A stretch of 63,599 bases of DNA, filler included, from Saprolegnia diclina VS20 (taxonomy: Eukaryota), in NCBI RefSeq assembly GCF_000281045.1. It is 3 parts of 2 records of this genome, joined end to end, with 100 filler letters (N's around TTAATTAATTAA, not from the genome) between each part and the next. Parts side by side here need not be neighbours in the genome. Positions count along the whole stretch, not along the records: positions 26,951 to 52,294 come from NW_008246089.1; positions 52,395 to 63,599 come from NW_008246090.1; 1 more part is not named here. One strand, given 5' to 3'. The notes under the pieces were generated by a model, which did not search any database, had not been told where the DNA came from, and was given only the letters and a program-made list of their open reading frames with translations. The position numbers and the translations under genes were made by a program. Positions 45,507-57,534 of this stretch are shown here, piece after piece (within the stretch, counting starts at the first letter, position 1; every line of letters starts with the position of its first letter).

Positions 45507-46799
45507 CTACGGCTGGGGTGGTCGACCTTCCAGCGGCGGCAGCATGACGTTGCTGAGGCGTTTGGCTTGGCGGGGCGAGATGTTCAAAGGCGGCGTCGTT
45601 GGCGGCTGCGGCTGCATCGGCGGCGGCTCCGGCTCGTCCTTGCCACTACTGTCCGTGACGACAACCTTGGTGGCGAGCTACGTGTCCCGTATAAGGTTTG
45701 TCGCTTCATAGAGACATCGTACGTGGGCTAGAATCGCCGACGTCTTGGTTTGCTCGACCTCGGCCGACTGCACGCTCGCTTTCAGAAGCTCGGCGTCTTC
45801 TTGGAGCTTGCCATGCTCGTGTTCAAACCCCTCGAGCGTTGGTGCTGCAGCGACCGTGCACGCAGCGAGACGCGCCTCGACGACGTCCGGCGAGAAGCAG
45901 CCAAAGTGCTTGGCAAACTCGGCGTCGCCTGGTACCGACTGCCGGGCCACGTGGCTCGTGTACTCGAACGGGAACACGAGGCCGAGCGTTTGAGTCCGTA
46001 CGTCCCGAAAGCTACAGTCGCTAGTATTCGACGTTGCTTGGATAGCAATTTGTACCCAACTTCGACCAGGTGGACGATCTTGGCGTAGAGCGGCGGACCG
46101 TCGAGCGACGCGAGCGTGTGCAAGCGCGGGAGCAGCACGATCTCGAGTGCCGGTGTGCTCGGCGACTGGTAGACCCACACGCCAATGTCCCCGTTTGCGC
46201 TTTCACCAATCACAACGTATGCTTCTGTGCGGAGCCGCCAGAAAAACTTGGGGGCTATGTGCGACAGATGCATCGTCTTGGGCGACGGCTGCGACGCGAG
46301 CTCGGCCAGCGCGGCGGCCTGCTTGACGTTGAGCTCGTGCATGAACGAAAACGCGTGGTGTCGGTCAAAGAGCACACGGTTAGGAAAGCTCTTGTCGCAC
46401 GTCGCGCAGTAAAACCTGAATATCATAACTGAGGTGCATGGCCATGAGACGGAACTCTTACGTCGAGGGCGAGGGTGGCGTCGTCGTGGACGCTGTCGGG
46501 AGACTCGATTTGCGCTGCACGAGCGACTCGTCTACTTTCGACTCGTTGAACGCGACGTGGCCCATCGTGGGGCGCGGCTTCATCTTGCGATTGAAAGCGC
46601 GGAGGATGCTCGGGCTCGCCTGGATCTGCGCCTTGATAAAGGGCATGCTAATGTCATCATGACCGTGAGCGGGATGCAATGGAAGCAAGCAAAGGGACCG
46701 GAATTTGGGGGGCGACACCGACTTGGGCGCCTGGGTCGGCGTCGTCTCGGCGAGCGGCGTCGTCGGTGTCGCCGTCACGGACGACCGGCGAGCGTGCAT
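45507..46799 (-). CDS. Hypothetical multi-exon protein with one C2H2-type zinc finger
   Basis: FYCATCDKSFPNRVLFDRHHAFSFMH; exons with coding-like bias; last exon ends MLPPLEGRPPQP*. Confidence 0.6.
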
Positions 46800-47461
46800 G
46801 CCAGACGAGAGCGATTATAATGTTCTGTCGCGACGGTTTTCGCTGCAGTTTTCACCGACAACGCGCAACGCCACGAGCGTTGGCAGTCGTCGTCGCTGTC
46901 CATGAATGTTGATATCCAAAGCACTCGCTTCCCCGCTCTCCCGTTCGCCTGCATATCCAAAGCTCACCACGCAAGGAGGCAGCCACGATCCTCGCCACCA
47001 CCGCTATGCCCAGCTTTGATCTTCGTACGGGCGGCGTGCTGCCGTATGTGGCGCATGGCCGTTGTTGCAGAAGGTCTTGCCCTGTCATGGTCACGATCTT
47101 TCACGTCGTCGCCGGCAAAAACGAGGTGTAGCTTGCGCCTAGCGCCTCGAGGCCCAGCGTGCCCATGGTATGGACCCGGCGCGAGCGAATGCCACCAAGC
47201 GCAGGGTACGGCAGGCAGGCTATCACTGCCTTCCACGAGCCGACGGTCCGGTATTGCGCGCTTGTGGCCGCAATCAGCCAGCATCATGGGACTGGGCCAT
47301 CCGGATAGTCGTATCCGGCGCAGCGTGTTTCTGGGTTTGTGGCAGCGGCATTGTAACGGTAACCCAGGCGACGGAATTATCAACACAGGCGCATGGACTG
47401 GCACGACTCGGAGACGACGGAAGGGACCGATGCATGTAGGTCGCCGGCGAAGGCGAGGCCC

Positions 47462-49742
47462 ATGGCCTCATGCGCATGCTCGGCGCTTCTAGGGGCCGGC
47501 TTGAGCTCGAGCTACGTGGCACCGCGGCCATGGCAGTGGGACCAGTACTCGCTGCTCGCGTGCAAGCGCGGGTACCTCGAGAAGCAGAGCGTCAAGGACA
47601 AGTCGGTATGGAAGCCGCGCTGGGTCGTCCTCGACGGCAACGTGGTCATGATTTACAAGAGCGAAGACGATGTGCCCAGCACGCTGTCGCCGCCGGCGTA
47701 CGACGAGAAGAGCATTCCGCTCGACTCGGTCGCGTCGATCGGGACCGCCAAGGACTATGGCGCCGCGGCCTTCCAAATCAAACTGCACGAAGAACACCGA
47801 ACGTATGTCTTCCGCGCCGACTCGAAGGACCACGTACGTGCCACGTCTTTGTCGCGCCGTGTGTCTATCCACGACGCCATGTTCGCACGTCGAGTTGGTG
47901 CTTATTGCATGATTAGATGAACGACTGGCTCTTCAAATTTCAGTGCTGCATCGCCAACCTTATATCCGAGATCCTACGTTACCGCGTACGTACCTACGCA
48001 GATGCAGGATACGCATGAAGCGGTGTGTAGCGAGATGGCCGCCCGCGACTGAGCTCGAGCTTTACGCGCCACGTCGACGTGACACGCCGCCAGCACCGTA
48101 GTCAGTCGTTTGACTTTCGGGAGATGTCGCGCTTTGACGCGACCGTCACACTGCAGCAACTCACGAATGCCAACAGCATGCTGCGGTATTCCAGCGACTC
48201 GAACTCGTCGAGCAGCCAGGTGCGCAGCCCGCTCGGCGGTATCCTTTTTGCGCTCGATGACGTTGAGACGCCCGCCGACGAGCTCGACGACCATCGACAC
48301 TATGCATCGCCGCCGTCCTCGTCTTTCTACGCGCCCTCCTCACTTTACACGTCGCCACCGCCGCCGGTTCCGACTGCCGCATCGTCGTTTTCGTCGTCGG
48401 CCAGCATTGCAATTGCCACGACGTCCGCGAGCGGTTCCGTGCCAGAGCTCGCGCAGTGCACATCGCCGCCGACTGTACCAAAGAAGAAGTACATTCCGCC
48501 CCAACTGCGGCCGGGATACAACCCGGAACCAGCGATTTCGATGCCCGAGCCGTCGCCGCCGAACGGCCCCATCGACTATCGCGAGCTCCGTGGTACGAGC
48601 AGCAAGGAAGGCACGACCGTGTACGGCGCCACGTCACTCCTCGGGAAGCGCTCGAAGCTCGAAGATGTGATTTGCTGCCTTCCGTCGTTTGCGCCAGAGG
48701 CCGCGCTGTATGGACTCTTTGACGGCCATGACGGCGACGCGGTATGCGTCCTCTTGGTCTATAGCATGGTGTGGGAATGTGCATATTGTAGGCCGCGCTG
48801 TATGTAAAAGACAAGCTCCCGACCTACTTGCGCGCGCATCCGCAGCTAGCCGCCGATTGGCGTCGTGCGTGCCGAGAGGTGTTTGCCCGTCTCGACGACG
48901 AGTTTCTCGTGTCGGCCAAGCCCACCGCGGGCACGACAGCCAGTCTTGTCGTACGACAAACGTTGGTGTTTCGATCCGTGGTAGGCTCAGTGCCCTTGCT
49001 AGATTGTCCGGGGCCACAAGCTCTTGACGGCCAACATCGGCGACTCGAAGGCGGTCATCTCGATTGGCGGGCAGGCGCTGGACATTATGGACGTCCAGAC
49101 GCCTGGTCGGCCGGACGAGATGGAGCGCATCTCGGCGGCAGGCGGCTGGGTGCATGTGGACAAGGAATTGCACATGTCCAAGCTGCATCAAATGGACCTC
49201 AAGGACCCGTACATTCAGGAGAAGGCCAAGCGCGTCGTCAAGCTCATCGAGATCTTTCGGGTGTGTATCAATCTATCAATATGATCCTGGGTCTGATGCT
49301 CGTATATTGTTTAGGTCAACGGCGACCTCTCGGTGTCGCGCGCGATCGGCGACATTGAGTACAAGCGCCCCAACAACTATACGCACTGGCAGTACCCAGA
49401 GCTGCACCCGCGCACGTTCTCGGGCCCGCTCTTGATCCCCGACCCGGAGTTTCAGGTGCGAAATCTCTTCTTGATCGAGAAATATACATATATGTATACG
49501 TGTAGGAGGTTGAGATCACGCCCGAGGTCGAGTTTGTCGTCCTCGCGTGCGACGGACTCTGGGACACGATCACAAGCCAGGAGGCGGTCGACATTGTGCG
49601 CGCCAAGTTGCGCGCCGAGTGGAGCATGGAAGACATTAGCTACCACCTCGCCGAGCTCGCGATTCGATCGGGCTCGATGGACAATGTGACGGTCGTCGTC
49701 GTCGTGCTGAATCCGCTTCAAAAGGACGCGGGCACGGCGTAA
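47462..49742 (+). CDS. PH-domain-containing PP2C (PPM) protein phosphatase, multi-exon
   Basis: PH domain: KRGYLEKQS..WKPRWVVL..RTYVFRADS..MNDW. PP2C: GKRSKLED, FDGHDG, GTTA, ANIGDS, LSVSRAIGD, LACDGLWD, GSMDNVTVVVV. The true start may lie further upstream. Confidence 0.88.
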
Positions 49743-50247
49743 TAAGTGTCAACTCTGAAGCAATAATATCAAGACAATATCAACACCTGGCTACACAAGT
49801 ACTAGTACACCACATGAGAACGACCACTCGAACGAAGCGGTCTGCCCTACAACCTTGGTTCACAGAACAGACAATTCTGTGGGTTGGTGGAACATTTGGG
49901 AATCGTTCAGATATGGAAGATGATGCAGTACGAGTAGAAAGGTCGGTGGGATACTCGATAAACACTGTATAGTACTTGTATATGAATAACGAAGCGAGCT
50001 ATTCAAGCGTGTGTGGCCCAAGTAATGCGAATACTGGGTACAACGTGCATCTAGGTGCGCCTCGGTCCGACATGCTAGCCGTCAGCGACACTGCGCAAGT
50101 CAGTGCTGTTCGAGTGCTGTGTGCACGGCTTTGCCTTGTCGTATGCATGGCGCTATCACCTGTAGAAGGATGTTTATGGTGATGTCGCCAGACGCAATGA
50201 CAGATTGTCCAACACACACAAGTTGGCGCCGCATACGAGCCACAATA

Positions 50248-50263
50248 TGATTGGCTAAAATGT
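50248..50263. promoter_or_regulatory. Extended CCAAT box upstream of NRAMP
   Basis: TGATTGGCTAAAATGT plus a second CCAATCAG at ~50276. Confidence 0.55.
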
Positions 50264-50346
50264 TCTAGCGATCCGCCAATCAGATGTTGGTATGCCACCT
50301 GGACGCTCTGGCACGGTTAGAGCGCAATCCTGGCGACGTGGACGAG

Positions 50347-52244
50347 ATGGCCACCGAGGTGTCCCCGCTGCTGACGCCGCCCAAGGCGGTTGGATCGCAC
50401 GTGAGCCTCGTCGAGTGGGCCGAGGTCGAGAGCCTCACACGGCCCGAGGTTGAGGCGCCTGACGAGGAAGAGACGACGTCGACCTGCTGTGGCCTGCGCC
50501 TGCCATTTAGCTGGCGCACGCTCTGGGCGTACGCCGGTCCAGGCTGGCTCATGAGCATTGCGTACGTGGACCCTGGCAACCTCGAGTCGGATTTGCAAGC
50601 CGGCGCGTACGGCGGCTACGAGCTCATCTGGGTGCTCTTTGGCGCGACCGTCATGGGCTTCTTCCTCCAGACGCTCTCCGCACGCCTCGGCGTCATCACG
50701 GGCAAGAACCTCGCCGAAGTTTGCTACGCCATGTACCCGCGCTGGGCGTCGTACATTCTATGGGTCATGACGGAGATTGCGATCGTCGGCAGTGACATCC
50801 AAGAGGTCCTCGGCTCCGCGATCGCGCTCCAACTGCTCTTCCAGCTGCCGCTCTGGGTCGGGTGCCTCATCACGGGCGTCGACACGTACGTTTCCGCTAT
50901 TTCGTGGACAAATGGACAATTTGATGCGTGGACCGTAGACTGACCTTCCTCTCCTTGCATCAGTTTGGCATCCGCAAGCTCGAAGCGTTCTTCGTCGCGC
51001 TCATTGCCGTCATGCTCGCGTGCTTTTGCATGAACCTCGTCCAAGGCGGCGTCGACCCGATCCCGGTCCTCGACGGCTTTCTTCCACGGCCGCCGTCGCG
51101 CTACGCCACGACGCAAGCTGTTGGTATCCTCGGCGCCGTCATCATGCCCCACAACTTTTATCTGCACTCGGGGCTTGTCCAGTCGCGCGCCGTCGACCGC
51201 ACCAACGCCCGCAAGGTCCGCGAAGCCAACAAGTACTTTACGATCGAGTCGGCGGTCGCGCTTCTCGTGTCGTTTCTCATCAACCTCGCGGTACAAGACA
51301 CGATGACTGTGTGTACAAGCTGGCTTGTTACCTACTGTAGGTCATGTGTGTGTTTGCCAAAGGCTTCTTCTCGCCCGATTGTCTCCAGTCATTCGAGACG
51401 CATGGCGTCAACACGGCGTGCGTTCCGCTCAACACGTCGACCACCGAATCGTACGGGTCGTGCCAGCTCATGGAAGGCTCGCGGTCCATGGTACGCTAAT
51501 ATATATCGTGCGAGATGGGGAATTGAACTCGCATTGTGCAATAGGGCGTGTGCCAAGAAATTGGGCTCTCGGGCGCCGGCCTCGCCCTCCGCGGCGTTCT
51601 CGACGAGTACTCGGAGACGATCTGGGCGATCGGCCTCCTCGCCGCCGGCCAGAGCTCGACTATGGCCGGCACGTACGCGGGTCAGTTTGTCATGGAAGGT
51701 ACGTTATTGTCATCTTGTCCAATATTTAGCTGACAATATGTGTATATTAGGCTTTCTACGAATCCAGTTGGCGCCGTGGAAACGTGTAGCGCTGACGCGC
51801 GCAGTGGCGCTCGTGCCGGCCCTCGCTGTTGCGATCTGGTCCGACACGCAACCGGGGTACGCATCTCTTTGTATCAACTTGATAATCTGAGACTCGTGTC
51901 GATGATGTAGGGCCAGTGATACGATTGGCGAGATGCTCAACGTGCTGCAGTCGATCCAACTGCCGTTTGCGCTGCTGCCCATCTTACATTTCACGAGCCA
52001 CGTGGGTCTTATGGGCGCCTTTGTCAACTCGACGACGACCAAAGCCGCGGGCTGGGCGGTTGCGCTCCTCGTCTGTCTCGTCAACCTCTACCTCGTCGTG
52101 CAAAAAGTTGATATGACCGCGATGGGCCCAGCGTCGCTTCTCGCGTTCGTCTCGGCGGGTACGGGTTACGTGGCGTTTCTTGCGTACCTTGTGCACACGG
52201 AGCTCCAGCAGTATGCGTGGTACCCCTGGACGCGCAAGAACTAG
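50347..52244 (+). CDS. NRAMP: NRAMP/SLC11 divalent metal transporter, multi-exon
   Basis: [69 protein letters not shown]. Confidence 0.95.
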
Positions 52245-52294
52245 AGTACCCTCGTGAGAACCTGACAAATCGCATAAACGAATTTTGCTGCGAG

Positions 52295-52394
52295 NNNNNN
52301 NNNNNNNNNNNNNNNNNNNNNNNNNNNNNNNNNNNNNNTTAATTAATTAANNNNNNNNNNNNNNNNNNNNNNNNNNNNNNNNNNNNNNNNNNNN
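52295..52394. other. Assembly gap with synthetic TTAATTAATTAA linker
   Basis: 44 N + 12-mer + 44 N. Confidence 0.95.
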
Positions 52395-53356
52395 GCGCCG
52401 GCGTGCGTCCTCGGACTCGAGGGGCGCGCATCAACCATGTCGACACGATGTAGGCCGCCGCGCCGCGCGCGCGCTGACGGTCGATCCCTTGCAGGTGCAG
52501 ACTGGTCCGTGGCGCCCACGGCCCCTCTGCGGCACGCCTCCCGTACCCGACTATGGCGTACAGCACCCGGCTGCGCACACCCGGCGCTTCGTCGAGACCA
52601 CCTTCGTGCAACAGTACCGATAGCAGCAACACGTGCGCAAGGCTGTCGAAGGCCTCGAGCGACCATTGCCTGGCGCAGCGCTGGGCGGCCGGCGTCAGAC
52701 GATCGACGAGCGATGGCAGTGGGATGAGCGCGAGCATGCACGCCGGCAATGCGCTCATCGTGTGCCGCATCGACACCATCCTCTAGGTACAGGTGGATCG
52801 CTGCTAGTAGCTAGGTGGTCAAGAACCGCAAGAGATACGAAGACGTTTGGCTCGGGGACACGTTCGTCCGGCGTGAGCGTCGGAAACGCGCCGATGATGG
52901 CGCCTGCGCAGAAGGAGCTCAAGCGCCGCGTGCGCCACGGCTCCGTCGCCTACCCATACACCGCAGTGGAGAAGGCTCATACCGCTGCCATGTAGCGTAG
53001 TGCCAGATAATGCAATAACATCGTGTTTTCGTGGCTTAAACGCGAGCGCCCACGTGCAAACCCAACGGAAACTAGCCATGACCGCAACTGTCTTGACTAA
53101 TAATGCGCACCGTGCCGCGCTAAGCACTAAAGCGGCTTGGATCTTAGCACCAGGAAGAGACGTGGAGTAGTGGCAGTGAGCGCTGTGGAGAAGAAGTGCC
53201 GTGACCAGGAGCTCCGTCTTGCCCCCGAGCTACATTACGCGTAGCGTTTGCGCCTTGCTGTTAGTCCACGGATATCCCTCGAGCAGGAGCGCAAACCACT
53301 GGATAGCGGTTATCCGTTGCTATTCAATGGCCAGCGCTCCTCCTAGCGGTCCGCAG

Positions 53357-53508
53357 CCACGCCTCAAGCAGGAGCGCTAACCTGAGCGCTAATCATTGAA
53401 TAGCGGAGGATAATCCGAAGGTTTGCCATTTCAGAAATGCAAACCTTCGGATTATCCTCCGCTATCCATTGATTAGCGCTCAGGTTAGCGCTCCTGCTTG
53501 AGGCGTGG
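53357..53508. repeat. Near-perfect ~152-bp palindrome (foldback or MITE-like)
   Basis: Arms 53357-53432 and 53434-53508 are reverse complements with 2 mismatches and 1 single-base indel. Confidence 0.93.
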
Positions 53509-53680
53509 GCTAAGGTGTCAAATGACAAAAGCGGGTGGCCTGCCAGACATCTTTAGTAAAACCATAAATATAGCATACAAATACATAGAGTATATTTCGT
53601 AATAGTTATATTCTTTTTTGGAGACTGTCCCACCAGAATTTATAATTTACGCGTGTCGCGCTATGCCTCGATTATCTAAT

Positions 53681-53715
53681 AAAACCATCGATTATCGCTG
53701 CTAATCGATGGTTTT
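53681..53715. repeat. Perfect 14-bp stem hairpin AAAACCATCGATTA-7 nt-TAATCGATGGTTTT
   Basis: Directly visible in the sequence. Confidence 0.8.
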
Positions 53716-53984
53716 TTGGAGGTGAAAATGGCCACGCGCTATGCAAGCCACAATATTTAACCCATTAACCCATTTTGCGGTGCAACAGTCACACCGCAAT
53801 GACTTCGAACTTCGATCCCACATCACGTTTTAAATAAAGAGCGCTTGATAAGATCTTAGATACCGAGAGCCTCCGGTTACGGGTACGGATAGCCATGACC
53901 AGATCACCGTTGCAATCTTCTCGCTCGCTTCAACAGCATACAAACGTCCAGTCACGACGGGACCACATTTTCCGAAGAGCTTTT

Positions 53985-55626
53985 ATGGGCGCCTTGAGCA
54001 GCTCGTGCTACGTCGGCCGCGCAGACGTCGCGCCCATGTACCTGCACCCGAAGCGCCGCCTCCAGGTAGACATATCTACGTGCCTCGTCCCCTCAACGCG
54101 TGTGCTGCTGCTTGCTAGTCATTCAATGGCGCGGCGCGGCGAACATGGGAGAGCGCCCAAGGCTGCTGCGTGGTGCAATGGAAGCGCGACACCCATGCCG
54201 ATCCCGCAGGTACATCGATTGACACGTGGGCCCGCTGGGATGGCGCTCATCTTGACGTAGGCGACTGTGACGAACTCTACAGCGATGGTATGCTGCCCGC
54301 CATCCGCATCATCCGAAAGCTCCCCACGTGCTCGTGCATCTTGTCGACGGGCCTTCCGCGCAAGATCATCCATCAAGCTAGCCTTATACGCACGTCGTCG
54401 TCCAAATCCCATGTGGCTGTGGCCAAGCGCAGCCGCAATGTGGTGCGCTGGGACTAGGCTGACGACCGTATTTATGCCGCATTGTTCGTCGCGCAGTCCA
54501 GTGATAATGTTTGATGTGCGTCTTGTGTAATGCTCACGTGACGACGTCGATGGAGTTGGAGTCTTGCCGTGCGCCATCGGTCCCAACCCAACGGAGCTTC
54601 GAATCCGAATCCGGTTTATATCCGAACAACTGCGAGCAGCAGCACATGTGGCAGGTGCGAGCGGCCGCCCGGCGCCTCGGTCCATGGCGGCGTGCCTACG
54701 CGACGAAGAAGACGGCTGACGACTACTTTCTGCCCAACCTTTTTGGCAGCGTCCACTCGACGACGTTGTCGCCTTCGAATGCGCCGACACGTAGCGAAGC
54801 CGAGGAGATGTACGAGAGCGACATGGACCTCTTCGATGCAGGTACTACAACCCGAGCTTGAATGCGCAGCGTATGCACGTCGATCTTAGAGCTCTCATCG
54901 CTCTTGGGCCCACTGCCCGACAAGGAAGACGATGCGGCTTACGATCCTACGTCGCCACGGCGCATCGAGCAGCCTCGCCCGCCGGTGCCTCGATACATTG
55001 ATCCGCAGCCAGCGCACTACACGTCAACACCACCAACGCCCGTGCAGGCAGCACCAACGACGCCTGTGTGGTCCACGTCAACGGTGGTTGGTGACGTGCA
55101 TATTCTCAACGGCCCGTGCTCGCTCGTCCACGGCAACGTTCTCGCGGGGTACAGCATGCATGTGTCATGTGTTGTCGATGGCTCATGCGCTTCCTCTAGG
55201 ACGCAGGTATCGTGGAGTCGGCTCGAGGCGCAACTGCGAGCCTCCGCCAAGGGCGTTTCCCTAACCTCGTCGCACACCAACGACGAAGGCGCTGTGATCG
55301 ACGTGCTCTTGTCCAGCGCTGCGTCGACCACCATCGTCCTCAACACCGGTGGTACGTCAAGTTACAAACGATTCGCAGATCAGCAGATGATTGGGCTTCG
55401 TAGGCCTGCTTGGCGCCGGTATCCGACGCGCTATGGAGCTTTCCCACGCCCGAGTCATCTTGATCAACCCGCTGGGGTCGCCCGAGACGTCGCCCGTCCC
55501 TGTGGGTCTGCGCTACATCAGCGGTACGTGTCATCCAAGCCTATCGCGATGGTCGATCGTCATGCAGGGTTTGGCGCTGTCACGTACGAGCTCGCCCTTC
55601 TCGCCGCAATCAAGCACGACGCGTAG
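53985..55626 (+). CDS. Possible hypothetical multi-exon gene or pseudogene
   Basis: A chain of moderately coding-like ORFs with candidate GT-AG introns; no domain recognised. Confidence 0.3.
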
Positions 55627-56649
55627 GCAGTTTTGATATAGTTAATCGTCGCAGCGACTAGAAGGACATGTTCTTGTGGTCCAGGACATTCTGCTCGTTG
55701 AAGACGAGCGACGGGTGCCCGAGGAGCGACGTCACGACCTTGAACTTGGCGCGAATGAGCTGCAGGTCCATGTGGATCTTCTCATCGAGGCTGTTCTACG
55801 CACGATTTCAACTAAGAACGACTAGGATCTGAGTATCATCGTACGACGAGGGCGTAGTTGCGAATGCGCTGGCCGAGCGACTCGATCGACTTGACCGCTC
55901 TGTGCCAGAAGATTTTGTGGCGACACCATTCTGTCGAGAGGATGAGCGGCTACCTCGGCGGCAGCGACGACGCATCAGCAAGTAGCATTGCGCTCCAGAG
56001 CAGGTAGCAGCCATGGTAGAAGCCGACTTCGCTGCCAATCTCGTAGCCTTTGACCTCGCTACGCGCCTCGTCAGGTCCATGTCGTCTTCAATGGGTGTAC
56101 CCCAAGTCGTTGCCTTCTTGGAAGCCGAGGCGGCGGCCTTCCTCGACGCCCTGCGCATGGCCCTGGACAATGCACTGCTCCTCGATGCGGTCGACGAGGT
56201 CGAACACGTCGTCCATCGTGTCTTGGCGCCGCTTTTGAATTGTATTATACAGGTTTGCGATCGCTTTTGCACCATGTGTTTAAAACAATATGGTCCCGCC
56301 GAACCGCGACGCTCTCGCTTCTGTCGTGCATCTACCTTCATACGATATACCTTGCGCTGTGTTGCTGATAGCGCTCTCGTGTCGGGCTGTGTGCATGTCG
56401 GCGCGGTCGCCGCTGTTCAATCGACGCGCGGTCATACTCTGTTGTAAACTGCATCGATCTGTTGGCAACAGCCTGTCGCATTTGATACTCTAAACATATT
56501 CGTTCATAGAGGGTCGCGTGCGGATTGGCCAAAAAGATGGGAATTCTTGGTTGGTGCAGAAAGCTGGGACCGAGTGACTGGCCAGTGCGACTACGGCGCT
56601 TGGCGGCAGCGAATTTCATTCAAAAAAGGGAAGAACCAAAAGATAAATA

Positions 56650-57074
56650 ATGGGTACGTAAGCATGCATGGAAGCAGGAGGACGAGGCTCATGCATGATG
56701 GTGTAGTCCAGATCAAGGCTCACGAATTGCGCTCGAAGACCAAGGCCGAGCTCCTCACGGAACTCGATGACTTCCAGCAGGAACTCGCCCAGCTCCGTGT
56801 CGCCAAGGTCACGGGCGGCGCCGCCTCGAAGCTTGCTAAGATCAAGACGGTCCGCAAGTCGATCGCCCGCGTCTTGACGGTGTACAACCAGACGCAGAAG
56901 GAGCGCCTTCGCGAGAAGCTCGGCAACGGCAAGCACGTGCCGGTCGACCTCCGCGAGAAGAAGACGCGCGCCATCCGCCGTGCCCTCACCAAGTCGGAGA
57001 AGGCCATCAAGACCCTCAAGCAGCAGAAGAAGGAGGCGTACTTCCCCAAGCGCCGCTACGCCCTCAAGGCGTAA
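56650..57074 (+). CDS. RPL35: 60S ribosomal protein L35 (uL29), intron 56654-56706
   Basis: [72 protein letters not shown]. Confidence 0.97.
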
Positions 57075-57534
57075 ATGGATGGACTCCTCTATGCTACCTC
57101 GATCGACTCGCTTCTAGGACGTGATCAAGCCAAATATAGTGTCTTTTTCCCTTCTTGGCCCATGCCAACGACGACGACGCGCCTTGCGCCCACCCGCGAC
57201 CGACGTCCACACCATCCTATCGACGATACATGCTGCTTGCACTTGGTGTCTGTCGTTGCAGTCAGCCCGCATGCACTTGGCCATCCAGCTGCAATGCGTC
57301 ATTCCGTGGCCAACACGTTAGCTGCTTCGATAGCTCGCAAAGGGCGTCGAGGAAGTGGTCGAGCCTGTTCGTGAGATAATATGCCAGCAGGAGCTTGGAT
57401 TCGAGCTCGCAGAGTCGACTGGAGCTGAATGGCAGGCCATCAGATCGTTGGTGGGTACTGGAGAAGGTGCACATAGGACGTGCGGACAGAGGGCATGGAG
57501 GTGGATGATTAGATAGAGGTCGAGAGTAGTACAA

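Noticed and set aside
52395..52995. ORF fragments next to the gap
   Set aside because: No recognisable domain; strand and frame cannot be determined.
53681..53717. Hairpin plus T run as a bacterial rho-independent terminator or contamination
   Set aside because: Eukaryotic context and no upstream bacterial gene; recorded only as an inverted repeat.
53757..53780. TTAA-CCC as a piggyBac terminus or telomere-like repeat
   Set aside because: No matching GGG-TTAA end or transposase seen, and only two short units.
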